NCBI RefSeq assembly: GCF_009914755.1 | Contig: NC_060925.1 | DNA length: 64,000 nt | Strand: one strand, 5' to 3' | Source: the human T2T-CHM13v2.0 reference genome, Homo sapiens | The notes under the pieces: generated by a model | Told to the model about the DNA's origin: nothing | Seen by the model: the letters and a program-made list of their open reading frames with translations, nothing else | Database searches by the model: none | Program-made: the position numbers and the translations under genes | Part shown: positions 27,480-40,881 of the stretch, piece after piece | Layout of the letters: each line of letters opens with the position of its first letter | Numbering within the stretch: position 1 is the stretch's first letter

Positions 27480-28429
27480 GTGAAATTATAGAAAACATAA
27501 TTTCAAGAAAATTGAAGGGTAAGCATGACATAGGAGGCTACCAAAATTTTGAGTCAAATATCTGAATTAAACAAATGGCTGGAGGGAAAAGAAATAGAGA
27601 TGAGATAGGGGGCAGTGGTTCAGAAAATATAATTGATTCGTTACACATTGTAAGGGAAAGCATCCTATTGGATAAGCCATCCTACTGGATAAAGGATTCT
27701 ATTGGATAAAGTTTATGATTATAGGACTGTTTTGATGGTCGTATGGTCAACTAGAATAAGGAATTCTAAAGAAGAAAAGGTTATTAGGTTAATTTGTGGT
27801 CAGTACAGTGAAAATATAATTCAATTTCTTTCCATGCCTGTGCCTATTCATTGAAATGTAACTTTCCGTAGTCCATTAAGTGGGCAGGATAATCGACATC
27901 CTAACTATAAATAATTGGACAAAATCTACAATCCTGACCAAAGATGGATTAGTCATAATCCTTTCCCTGAAATTGTAAGAAGAAGACAACTGCCTTTGAT
28001 TGACTAAACTGGGCTTGAAACAATTCTACTCCTAGATATGTTCCTAACCAAAATTCATGCACATGGGCACCAAAAGGCATGTACTAGTGTCAATTCCAGT
28101 ATTAGCTGTAATAGCTTCAAACAAGAAATAACCCATCGAATATTCATCCAAAGTCAAATGATGACTGTATTGTAAATTCCTCACACAAGGGAATAATATG
28201 CAGCCTTAAAGAACTACAGCTAAATCTAGCAATATTGATCAATCTCAAAGACACTTTGTTGGTTTAGTAAACCAACCTAAATCAATTTATAAATTCCAAG
28301 AAATCCAATTCAAAACTTTAATTGTGTTTTTGAGTGATTTAGTTTAAAATGTATATGGCATAAAAATGTATTCAAACATATAAGTTAACCTACAAGAAAG
28401 AAAGAGATGCTATTATTATATTAAGTTAT

Positions 28430-28800
28430 AGCAGTCATTAATGCTGTTTACTGAACATTTATTTTCATGCTGTGATCACATGTTAGGATGTAACTTCCTG
28501 GATTTTTGTTTTGGATGATAAATTATAAGCCAAACTTAGATATGTCACTTCTGGACTGAAGCATTCATTTAATTATCAGCATGAAAACTTCTAGTCTGTT
28601 CTTCCCTCTGGCTTGTGAATGGCCTCACACAGTTTCAGGTTTCAGTAAAAACCACTGTTCCTGAGTTACTAAGACAATTGGAGTATCTTGCAGACCTTCA
28701 GTGGATCTGCAGCATGAGTGAAAAGTAAGCCTCTCGTTCTAAGCCACTGATGTTTTCAAGTTGTTTATTACCACAGCATAACATAGCCTGCTCTGACTTA
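28430..28800 (+). mobile_element. MLT1-like LTR within decayed L1ME-type fragments (~28020-29800)
   Basis: ATATGTCACTTCTGGACTGAAGCATT...AAGCCACTGATG..TTGTTTATTACCACAGCATAACATAGCC. Confidence 0.55.
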
Positions 28801-31709
28801 TTGAAAAGCCATTGGTGCAAAAAAAGACTAATGGACCAATAGAATAAAATGGTTAGTTCACAGACATATATATATACAAACACTCTATGAACAGGGTACA
28901 CTACAAATCTAGAAGAAAAGAATTGTTTGGTGTGGGAAAACTGGTTCACTACATGGATGAATATAAAACTTGATGCCTACCTAAGACCACACAAAAAATG
29001 GGAAGCCTAGGTGGTGGATTAAAAGCCAAATTTAGAAGAAATGTTCAGTAGAAGAAATGTTGAAAAATTATTATGACCAAAAAAATCACTTATTAAGTAA
29101 AAATTTCAAAACACAAGCCAAGAAGCAAAAAGTATAAAAATAAACCTGGAAATCAATCAGAAAAAGCCTGCAATCTCAAAACAAAAATAAAGGACACATC
29201 AGTCACTTTCCAGCAGAGAACCAAAAACATTGACAAATAGAAGATGAGGTGCTCAAAAGTATAGTGGTCAAAGAAATGCTAATTAAAGCAATAATGCTGT
29301 ATTACTTCTTTTAGAAAGTTGTATAATTCTAAGTGTAGAGGATGTAGAATCCCTCATTCCTTGCTATGGAAAGATAAAATTGATTAGATCACACTGGAGA
29401 ACAGTCTTGGTTTATTTAGTTAAATAAAATATACACAATTCTCCTCCTAATAACACAACACAAAGGTAGTCTGCAGGACATGCAAACAGCTGTTCACTGA
29501 AGAATTGTTGACAGAGATGGGGCGAATAGATGGGCAAATTCTGGTAGAGGCCATGAGTACTGTAAGGCAGTTGGAAGCAACATAACAGACAAAAACCTAG
29601 GAATGTGAATGACCTCAGAAATAAAATGATTATTTTAAAATGGAAACTATATTTTGTCATATAATTCCAGTTATGTATACTAAATGTCTGCAGACAAAAT
29701 AATCATTTGAGAAAGAACATAATTAAATACTAAATATGCAATAAGCACAACAAAAATGGTTGCCTGTGTTTGGGAAGAATGGGAGTCAGGTATAGAGATA
29801 GAAAATAATAAACAGGCAAATAAAAAAAGGAAAAAATATTGTTGGTTTTCAAATGTTGACTATTTGCAAATTGAGAACTATGTATGCTACCAAAACCAAC
29901 AAGAAATGTCATTTGTTGAATTAACAATTTGAGATTAGTTTTAATGATCTATATAAAACATCTAAGATGGGGAAATAAAAATATGTTACAGTAATATATG
30001 CCTGTGTTATAATTGTGATGGGCAAACCAGTTTGATCCAGGTGTTATCAGAATAATTTGTATGTATGAATTCCCAAGTGCTTCCAGAATTCAATGTGGAC
30101 TTTCACAAGACATCTTAAACTTATGTGTGCATTGTAAAAATATTTTTAAAAATTTAAAATCAAAACTTTGCCATGCCCACTCTCAAATTTTATTTACTTC
30201 CTCCTTCTTTCACTGCTATCTGCCTGTTCTGCTTATCTCTCAAACATTAGGTCACTCGTTCTAATAGAATATAGATCCCTATGATTGGTGTTAAGGATAA
30301 TAGATATAAGCAACAAGAATATGAAAAATAACTTGAGCTATGATTTTGCATTCTTACTGTGTTGTTGTAAAGTGCTGAGATATATGCAAACACCTACATC
30401 ATTTACTAAAAATTATATACACAAAGACAGGAAGAAATGACTGAGATGAACCTCTAGATACAGTTCTGTAGGCTGCCTGGATATAAGTGATTTGTGTGTC
30501 TAAATGTGTATGTATCTATTAATGAACCATTACTCCAGGAATAGAGGGCTAGATTAAGTCTGACGTGTTTTACCAACTGCATTTTTAAAAATGTGAATTG
30601 GATAGACATCAAGAAAACAAAGAGAATCTATGTGGGAGGGAGTGATTCACGTTTCATGTGACCAGCACCAGTGAGACCAGTTGACTCCAGGAAGAATTGG
30701 CAGTTCTGGAGAGAAAGTGTGGCCTTTGCTAGTACAGGAGGTCTGGAAAAATGAATGTAAGTTGCAACAATTCAGAGTTGCCCTTTGGATAAATGTTCAT
30801 AGAGTGATTGTATTTCACAGGACATTGCTAGTCAATTTTATGTGATAAAGAAAAAGGGAAGAACACACTCAAGAGGAACCAAAGTTTAACATGTAACAGG
30901 ATACATTTTATGTCAAAATAAAAATACAATAATTCACCGTGAGGAGTAAGAGGACAAATAGAGCTATTAATGTTACAGAAGCCAAGTTCTAAGCTTAGGA
31001 AATAGAAGAGTACTTACTGGTGTCACAGAACATTTTTAAGTGTTCTGAAGACATAATAGATTCTACATTTAAAATAACACAGATAATGTAGGAATTTAAC
31101 TTGAAATGTAAACTCTATAATTGCCATTTCATGTCTTCAATTGCTTATTGCAATAGCAATTTTCAGAAGCACATTACAGATCCCCTTTTTTAATCATTTG
31201 TCTATTTTTTTCCTACAAGCAATATATTGCTGACAAAACATCATGACTCATTTCTTTTTCCATAAAATCCATTCTTATTTGTGTCTTGTTCAACATTAAA
31301 TTTAAACATACAGCCTCTAATTTAGTGTCAGAATTCTGAAACCAAAACTATTCATACCTAATATATGTCTGTTTGATATCAAATTCTGTTTTGTCTTCAT
31401 CTCAATCAATACTTTTCTCATCCTATCTAATAGCCCCTAGATATTTGTATATCATTAAACATTATTTTCTGTATTAATTTTTTCTGAAAAGTAATTGATC
31501 TTCAGCACCAAAAATGGCAAGCCATAACATAACCAAATTAGAGACTTGAGCATAAAAGTGTACTCTAGTAGATTTGTTTGAATACCTTGGTATTTGGTTC
31601 AGAATATTCTGAGCATATTCTCACCTTTAGCAGTTTTCCTTCTTTACTCACAGGAAGATTAATAACAGAAATATTAAAAATTAAAGAAATTATGTAATGC
31701 TTTATATAG

Positions 31710-31723
31710 TCTCTCTCTCTCTC

Positions 31724-31778
<55 letters not shown>
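31710..31778. repeat. Compound microsatellite (TC)n(TA)n(TG)n
   Basis: Directly visible. Confidence 0.95.
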
Positions 31779-31779
<1 letters not shown>

Positions 31780-32894
31780 AGATCTTCTTTTGATATATAA
31801 TTATTTTTTCTTCAGTTACCCCAATCAAAAGTGGAAGCATAGAGGCCTTTCTTATGTTGCTGTTTGATGACCACAACCTTAACTTCAGTTACAAACTTTT
31901 TAAAGAGAAGCAACTTTTGCACTAATATAATCCATTTTTAATCCATTTCCTAATCCATGTGTATTTCTTAAAGGTAATTACTAAATATACGTGTTAATCA
32001 TGACCATCTAACACCATGGAAAAAAACTATACCTTAGTTCTGACACTAAGAACATCAGGCAATAAGGGTGACATTATTCTACAAATAGCTGCTACTTCTG
32101 GGGGAACATTTTTCTCTTTCAAGTGAAAGTAGATGTTTCTATATAGAATTAAACAGACTTTTTAGTCTTTAATCTTCCTTATTTTTTAGTACTAACCTTC
32201 ACATTCACTTTACATGTCTTATAAAATGCCTAGCATTTTTCTGTGTGTTACTTCTTCCAGAGCACAAATTAAAAATGAATGAAATAGAATAAATCCATTC
32301 CTCAGAAACAACACACATAATACAATAAAAAGATATACTGCACAATGCAATGTTAAAAAATCCAGAAAATAGTGCAATTAAAAATAACTAAAGATTAGCT
32401 TCTTTTCATCCACATAGAGGTAATTAGGGAAAAAAAACCTCATATTTTAGGTCTCAGAAGACACATATTAGGATGCTTCCTTAAATGAATATACCTTGAA
32501 TTTAATGTAAATTCCCAGAAAATATTTTGATTAAGAAATTCATTTTCTAAAAGTTATATTCCTTGCATTGAGACTGTTTTTAAAGTATATTTGTGACCTT
32601 CTTTAAAGGAAAGTGACAAAAGGCAAGTACAGAAGAAAAATTACCATAAAGCATGTTCTGTGTCTAAGTGTCATTGATACAGATGGCTAGTTAACAGTGC
32701 TGCTGCATTTTGATAACAATGGAGGAAATGCATGATTATATTTCAGCATTAGCAGATTGTCCTCTCTTTTGCTATGTTATACCTAAAACATTGGTCTTTT
32801 GCTTTTCTGTCCTTACATAGAGGTAAATTTTAATTTTTATAAAAAAAATCTGTCATTTGGAGCTTAGTGGATACAATAGTTTCTGTGGTTAGAC

Positions 32895-33072
32895 TTTTTG
32901 AGTTTAGAAACATGCTCAGCAACCTACTAGACTGACCTTGAATATAATCCTTCTGTGTCTCATTTTCATCATCTGTAAAATGGGGCTATTAATAGTATCT
33001 CCCACGTAGGAGTCTCATAAGAATTAAAAGAAACAATACACCTGGTGAGAGTTTAATAAATGTAAGCTATTA
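32895..33072 (+). mobile_element. MIR
   Basis: Core TGACCTTG...CTGTGTCTCATTTTCATCATCTGTAAAATGGGG..AATAGTA. Confidence 0.7.
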
Positions 33073-33257
33073 AAGTAGTTTAATCTACAACAGAAAAGAG
33101 AAATGCAAAAATCTAATTATAATAATAATAAAACTAAAAATAAGTGGCACAATAAATTTACAGGCAATGTTAGGGTGCATTTAAACCTGCCTGAATAAGT
33201 CATCTCAGAGAAAGCCAAATAAATGAGAGGTCTTTTCAGTTGAGTGTTGAAGAATAC

Positions 33258-33260
<3 letters not shown>

Positions 33261-33306
<46 letters not shown>
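33261..33306. repeat. (TA)n microsatellite
   Basis: About 23 perfect TA units. Confidence 0.95.
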
Positions 33307-33310
<4 letters not shown>

Positions 33311-33623
33311 CATACATGAAAATAGGCTTAGAGAATGGAATAAAAAGGTAAGGAGTTATGAAAGTGCATGTCACACTTTGAAAATATCATATAGTCTTGG
33401 TGATTGGAAAGGATATTTAAAAATAAACATCACTTTTTGATTAATGGTTTTATTTTCTTTGTAATGATGGCACTAAAACAAATGAGAAAATAATTGAAAA
33501 TCCCTGTGCCTCCCTTTCCTTTGCTCAATTTTTCTATTTTTCTCTGTTTAAAATTTCTCCATTAGTAAAAAAAATCAACCTCTTTGAGTCAAGCAGACAA
33601 AAAAAATTTTGGCGAAGTCACAG

Positions 33624-33654
<31 letters not shown>

Positions 33655-34747
33655 CTAAAGAGTTTTTTAAAAACCCCAAAAGTTTCTGGTGGAAGTGCTG
33701 ACTTAAACTGAACTTCAGCTTCCATTAGGAAGTCTGAGTGAAGCTGTCTCGACAGAACTGGGCTTCATCAGCCCAGATAATGATTTCAATACTGCTGTTT
33801 CCAAGTACTCTGGGCTGTGACCTCCTTCCTTGATCTTTCAGAGCTGTATCAGTGAGCACGTATTTGTCAGAGTGCAGATATAAAACCCAATGCAGAAAAG
33901 CTTGTGAATTCAAGGAAAGGCTTGTGGAACTTCCCCATTGAAGGTCCTGCCATCTAGATCTGCAAGGTCCTCCGGGATGGGTCAGTCTTATATAAGCAGT
34001 TGTCCACTTGATTTGATTTTATGGGTTCTTCTTCATGCTCTACCCCCACAACTATCCTACCTATTTTCCACTCTAGAGTGGAGCAGCCTTTCTAAAAACA
34101 ACCTAGATACTGAGTTGAATTTGGGATCAACACCTTCCATAAAACCTGCTGTTCTGGCAGAGGCCTGGGCAGTTCTCTTCAATGTCTTCTTAGGCTCTTC
34201 CTCCTGTTCTTTTCTTCCATTCACAATCCCAGGTCGGGTTCTCTGTCATCAGCTACATATTTGAAATAAGGTTTAGAAGAGGACCCCAAATATCACTTCT
34301 TGTATATGAAACATGATTCCAGTGCCTCTGTTCTCAGCTTACACCTAGCACTGCAGTTCTCTACCTCCAAGTCACTCTATTGTATTATTCACCATTTCTG
34401 ACTCTCCTTCTTATCATTTACAATTTAGTACAGGCTTTCTGCTAGATTAATTCTGTATAAGACCTGTGTTTTGGTAAAGGAGTTATCTCTACTCTCCATA
34501 CTTTCTTCCATCATGTAAGTTCTCAATTGTATAATTATTTACCTATAGATGTTGTTAGTCTCTGAGCTCTTGGATGTGAAGGGACTTCTTTTAATTTTTT
34601 TTTTAACCTCAAAACCCAGCAAATACCTAGCATTAAAATAAGTGATCTATAAATGTTTTTTGAATTAACTAATTACCTGTTTTTCCCTAAAATAACTTGC
34701 ATACTAAATAAAAATGTTATATTAATTATTCATTTATCTGTATATAA

Positions 34748-35080
<333 letters not shown>

Positions 35081-35252
35081 TTTCACTACAATCTTTTTTA
35101 AAAATATAAATGCATTTTTGGTAAGTAGCACATAAGTTTTTAATATATTGCTATAAGTACCATTATTGTAATGTTTCTCTAAGATTGGAGTAAGTAGGAC
35201 TTAAAGAAAAAGAATAAATGCAAAATTCTATATAGGATGCTGAGAACAAACG

Positions 35253-35521
35253 TTTTCTTTTCGAGACGGGTTCCATCTCTGTTGCCCAGGCTGGGATACA
35301 GTGTCATGACTCTCAGGCTCAAGTGATCCTCCCACCTCAGCCTCCCAAGTAGCTGGGACCACAGGCATGCGCCACTATGCCTAGCTAATTTTTTTATGTT
35401 TTAGAGAAGGGATTTCACCATGTTGCCCAGGCTGGTCTCAAACTCCTGGACTCAAGCGATCTTCCCACCCTGGCCCCTCAAAGTGCTTGACATTTTAGGT
35501 ATGAACCTCCATGTCTGGTCC
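35253..35521 (-). mobile_element. AluJ-like with internal deletion
   Basis: GGCTCAAGTGATCCTCCCACCTCAGCCTCCCAAGTAGCTGGGACCACAGG; CCTGGACTCAAGCGAT. Confidence 0.85.
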
Positions 35522-38500
35522 TTTTCTAATTTTTAATTTCTCCAAAAATAAAGGTGCCCTTAAAGTTAAGGCAAAGGAGTCTTCAACATTACCACACCAG
35601 CCAACAGTGGTTGCTATTTGTGTCAGGGAGCAAACTGCAGCTTCTAGCTACTTAGTGTCTGAGATAGATGGTATGGATTTTAATACAAATGTTGAAATTC
35701 ACTTAAGCCTTTCACACGGTGAAGGTTAAGTGACCATTAAAATGGGAAAGTTCCATATGTCATTTTAGTACATAGACAAAAAAAGATACATCAACTACAA
35801 AACATAATCCATTAGGTTAATGATCTATGCTGAAGTTGCAAATACATGTTAGGGAGGTGATTCATTGATTCCATCAACATTTCCTACGGCAACGTGCATT
35901 TTAGAGATCTAACGTTCGTTTTTCTTCGGATCATTGTGTAGTAAATGATGACTTAATTTCTCTGTCAAAATAGCATTCTCCATGCAAACCCAGAAGAATT
36001 GCATCAAGTAGCATCCTTGTGCAATATATTCCAATCCAAGCACATCTCAGCTCTTTCTCAGTTGCATTTTATTTTAGCAATGACAATTTTTTTATTATAG
36101 TATTTATGTATCAGGTATGCAACCCAAACAACAAAAAGGGCAACAAAACTGTGTTCTTGAACAGCTGCCAATGATGCAGTGTTAGGAAATAAACTTTTAA
36201 ATTTTTCTTTTAAAAACCTTCTTCAAACAAGACATATTTCATGGAGGTTAACAGTTTGCCAGAGAAATGTGATATAAGCTGAAACACACTCTGGCTTTCT
36301 CAGGTATTGTGAATTTCTGATAATGTACATAAACTGGTTGATCTGGTAACTCTATGTGGATAAGAGGTGAAAGCTGAATACAGATAATTAGTACTCAAAG
36401 CGATGTGGATACTATTCCAAGCAGTGAATGGGATCTGAAATTTAAAAGTTTGGAATCTTATATCGCCCAACAATGTGAAGGATGGGAGAGAGATGTCGAG
36501 TGCAGAGAATGGCAAGAAATGATACTAGAAAGGTACACTGGAACTAGATAGGAACCATGTTTTAAGGTCCTCACGTTAAAGAGGACACATTTTTTTTTTT
36601 CATAGAGACGATAAAACACCAACAAAGATTTATAAGGAGTGGTAGGCAGTGTTTATAATTCTTGAAAGAGTCTGGTGATGAGGAACCCCATTAGGAAATT
36701 CATCGACAGTCCAACTGAAACACTGTGAGTAATGAGGATAAGGTGGGTAGATAGGGAGATGAGACACCAAGAAGAGAATTGTGTTTTAAATAGAGTCTAA
36801 CTAGACAGAAAAGGTAAGAGAGAAAGTGAAGTCTAGGATAATTCTAAATTTTCTGGCTAACACTGCATATATTGTGATATAATTAGGAAAGAAGAAAAGT
36901 ATTGTAAAAAAAAAAAAGAAAAAAAAAGAAGGAAACATGGAGATTTTCATAGAATGGGCACTCAAATAGTTGAAGAATTGAATTAGAAAACTATGCCCAT
37001 TCTAAACCACAATCAAGCAATTTTTCTTTTCTCTGTGACTTTTTTCAGTATATGCATTTGTTTTTCTTCCCTCCTACATGTTAATCCTAACTAAACAGAT
37101 ATTCTAGCAATATATTATGAATGAATGTATGAACTATATGAGAAAAATCAAGCTGGGAGTTTTTGTTTTACAGATGAGTAAAATGAGGCTTAGAGAGAGT
37201 TTTAATAACAGAGATGCGAAGAAGAACAAGACAAATTTGTGCGCGTGTGTGTGTGTGTGTGTTATATTATATTTAAGGCAGGCTTAGGCTTAGTGTGTTA
37301 AGGACATGAATAAATACTTCCAACAATGTGTTAAGTATGTAGGAAAGGGGCTAGAAAATGGCTAACAATTTGATTGAATTATTGTACATTCTTGGAGAGT
37401 AAGTTCGTCCTACTATAATAATATAATCTTAATTGAACTGCATGACCAATTAAGGTTACTAAAAGATAATTATATACTGAAATATAATAATGTATAAAAA
37501 TATTATTATACAGTGAGGCATGTTGTGATGACTCAGTCAATAAGAGTTGCCTGATGATGGAGAATAAATACAGGGTGCAATGAATATGACACATTCAGGG
37601 CAAAGCAGGAAGGAGGGTGGTGACCAGGAAATTATTCTGTTGTTGATTCCATTATGGCTGCACAATTCTTGAGGAATGTCAGTATCTTTCTAGGAGTAGG
37701 CTGCACTTTTGAATAGTCACTTTATAGTTTTAGATAGTGCCTTTTTCCCTTCCTCCAGGTAAAACATGCATGAAATATGAAATATCTAAAAAGGAGTACC
37801 TGAAAATAAACATTTTGCAAATTGTCCCATTTGAATGTGTTCGAATATGCTAGTATATTTGCTACATTAAAAATCTTCTTGCTCAGTTACTACTTAATAT
37901 ATTGGAAGTTAATTCAAAGGTAATTCCATAGAGGAAAATACTTATATAATTAAATTTATATATCAACTTCATATCTATTTTAAAGCTGAAAATAAATTTA
38001 TAATCTTTCTGTGTAAAACATGACTCATTTTGCTCTTTTTTTGCATTGTTGGATATCGTTTTCATTTCTGAAAGAATTTACATGCGACAATATTTTAAAA
38101 TAGAGGAGAAAAAGCATAGCTAACACTGAATATTTTAGAATGGCTACATTTGGGAAAAATTGTTTTAAACCTTGTTATTTCACAGTAAAATTAAAGCAAC
38201 TAAGTTAGAAAAAAAATGTTTGCCCTCTTATATTTGAAACTGAAGCACTGCTTCTTCGCTATGAATAGAAATTTGATATAAGTTACACAGCTTTAGAAAA
38301 CATACCATTTTATTTATGTCAGTTAAATCTAGACACAACTTTTGAAGTGTATGAGATATAAAAACTTTAATTCTATTTGTTTAGAACTAGGGTGTCATTC
38401 AAAATCTTGTCATTACCAAATATTATATTGCACCACCAAAATTCAAACCTACACAAAACAAACAGCATAAATGTCCCAGATTTTGTAAAGAAAAGGCCCA

Positions 38501-40465
38501 TGTAATCAGACATCATTGAAATGTAAGTAATTAAAGAGTATATTTTTCAATGCCCTGAGATAAACTGCCATTGGTTTTCATAATTTTTTAAAGATTAAAA
38601 AAAGAAAATGAAAGGAAATAAAAGGAAGAAAGGTTGTCTAATGATTTAGGTTTCTTTACATGGTAAAATACTTTGCCATAGCAATCTAAGCTTAGAACTC
38701 CATCAAGTGAAACTTGCTCTTTTTATTTAAAAAAGATGTGATGTGTTATGAAGTCACTGTGTTTCTGTTAAAGAAATACAATCCATTCAACAAACATTTG
38801 CCATCATGTATCATATTCAAGGCAATGTGCCTGAAAAAGTAAAAACTATAGGAACCTTGTCGCTTGTTACTTTTCCTTGTCCCTCTCACATTTTAGATGA
38901 TTCTTGTCAAAGAAATTAGTTGATAGCATTTTTTTCTTTAACATAATTATATTTTATTCAATATTTGACAAATACTATATGTACCCCAATATAAAGCAAT
39001 TCATGCTAAAAAGTTTTTCTACCATATTCCCAACTAGAACAGCCAAACATTTTTAAATAATTTGAGTTTATTGACTTTTAGCAATTTTTGCAGAGACTAC
39101 TAAGCTGTTCACTAAGCCTGCTCTTTTTCCCCCTAGGTGCACACTTAGACTGCATTGCTATTAGATGTTTCTATGGATTGAAGGTTTAAGTGATGTGGAC
39201 CATTCCTAGGCCTTCTAAGTTGGATGGGGAAAACCACAATGACCTGGAGGATGGCAGAGCCTCCATTACCTCAGGTTTCTTAATAACTGTGTGGAATACT
39301 ATTATACTGCTGACTTGGGACAATTACCCTGGACTGCTATGTGATAATTTAATAAATTTTCTTTTATATAATCCACTACATTTTAGAGGTTTACCATCAC
39401 AACAGTTTAACTAGATATGTTGAGAAAATTATCAAATGCATTATATATTAATTTTTGAACTTTTAAAACATTGTATATATACATTTAAAATCTATATAGT
39501 GTATTAAATATTATGTTGATTTTGGAATAAAATAATTCTTACAAGTCATAATGTAATTTTGTTAAAAGCTCACATGTTTCTTTGACATTAGCGTTATCTT
39601 AACTTCCAAGTGAAATGTTTTGGGCAAAAACATTTAGAGTTCATGTTATCAGCTAATGATTATTCCTTTCATCCTCTCCCCTCTTCTGTTATCATGGTTC
39701 CCCCTTTCTCCATGAGAGAATAATATTCGATCACTCCATTAGCTCTGGGCTCAGTTGTTGACTTGCATTAATAAATAGAATGCTAGCAGACCTGAAGCAA
39801 GAAGAGGTTTTAAATCTGCTGGCAGGGATGGGCTTTCTCCAAAAGTCTGCTTGTCCTGGGTTTCTCTCAGGTAGCTGCTGATCCAAGGAGAATGAGGAGA
39901 CTGACAGAGCAGATCTCCGCTCAACCCGTAGTCTGAGGCAAAGGCACCCTATCTAACCCACAGACATGTCAATGAGATAAATAAACCCTTAATGCAGTTC
40001 ACCACTGGTGTCTGTATTTTCATGCAGCATTACTGCAAGCAGTAGCTGACTAATATAACATGTATAATGCTCACTGGAGATTTTAACATAAGTTCCAGCT
40101 TTTATAACATGAAGGGAGTTGATCCTACTTTTTATACTTATAAACTCCAAAATCTAACAAAAATGATTTCTTTTTTTCAATTCCCTTTAAACAGATTACA
40201 ATGACATTTCACATTTACAATCCTGAGACCATACGCCAAGACATAAAATCTCTATTAAATGTGTTTGCCTCCTTTGCTAGTTTTTCTGTTAAATGATCTC
40301 TCTATGCATCAAAAACTAGCATTAAATGAAATAGTTTTATGCTAATAATTTTCTTCTGAATAGAACATCTTATTTCAAAAAAGTAGTCTGAGATATTTTT
40401 AAGGGCTTAGTTATAGAGGATCCTTTCTTAAGATTTTTTAATGGAGGACCTCATTTTATCTTTAG

Positions 40466-40881
40466 ACAAATGAGATATTTATTTAGCAACACTATGTTTT
40501 TGTACTGTGCTGGGGGCTGAAATTGAAAATGTAATTTTTTAGAAAAATATCTTGCTCTCAAAGATTTATGTGAATTTGGCAGCAAAATCTCAGAATACTG
40601 AGATATTAGGGAGTGTTGTTTCTTTTTTATTTTTCTCTCTCTTATGCTCATTGCTGTAAGAGGGAAATAAGATATTTATTTAGCACAAATAAGATATTTA
40701 TTTAACAACACTGTTTTTGTACTGTGCTAGGGGCTGAAATTGAAAACATGATTTTTTAGAAAAATATCTTACTCTCAAAGATTTATGTGGATTTGGCAGT
40801 GAAATTTCAGAATATTGAGATATTAGGCAGGTTTCTTTTTCCTTTTCTCTCTTATATGCTCATTGCTGTAAGAGAAAAATA
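40466..40881. repeat. Diverged ~200-bp tandem duplication
   Basis: 40466-40669 aligns by eye to 40685-40881. Confidence 0.92.

Noticed and set aside
27661-27711. Short palindromic repeats as CRISPR-like
   Set aside because: No spacers or cas genes, and the context is primate DNA
33680-33930. Unique segment with TATAAAA and a 62-aa ORF after a poly-T run
   Set aside because: No TSD or recognisable homology; insufficient for a promoter or retrocopy call
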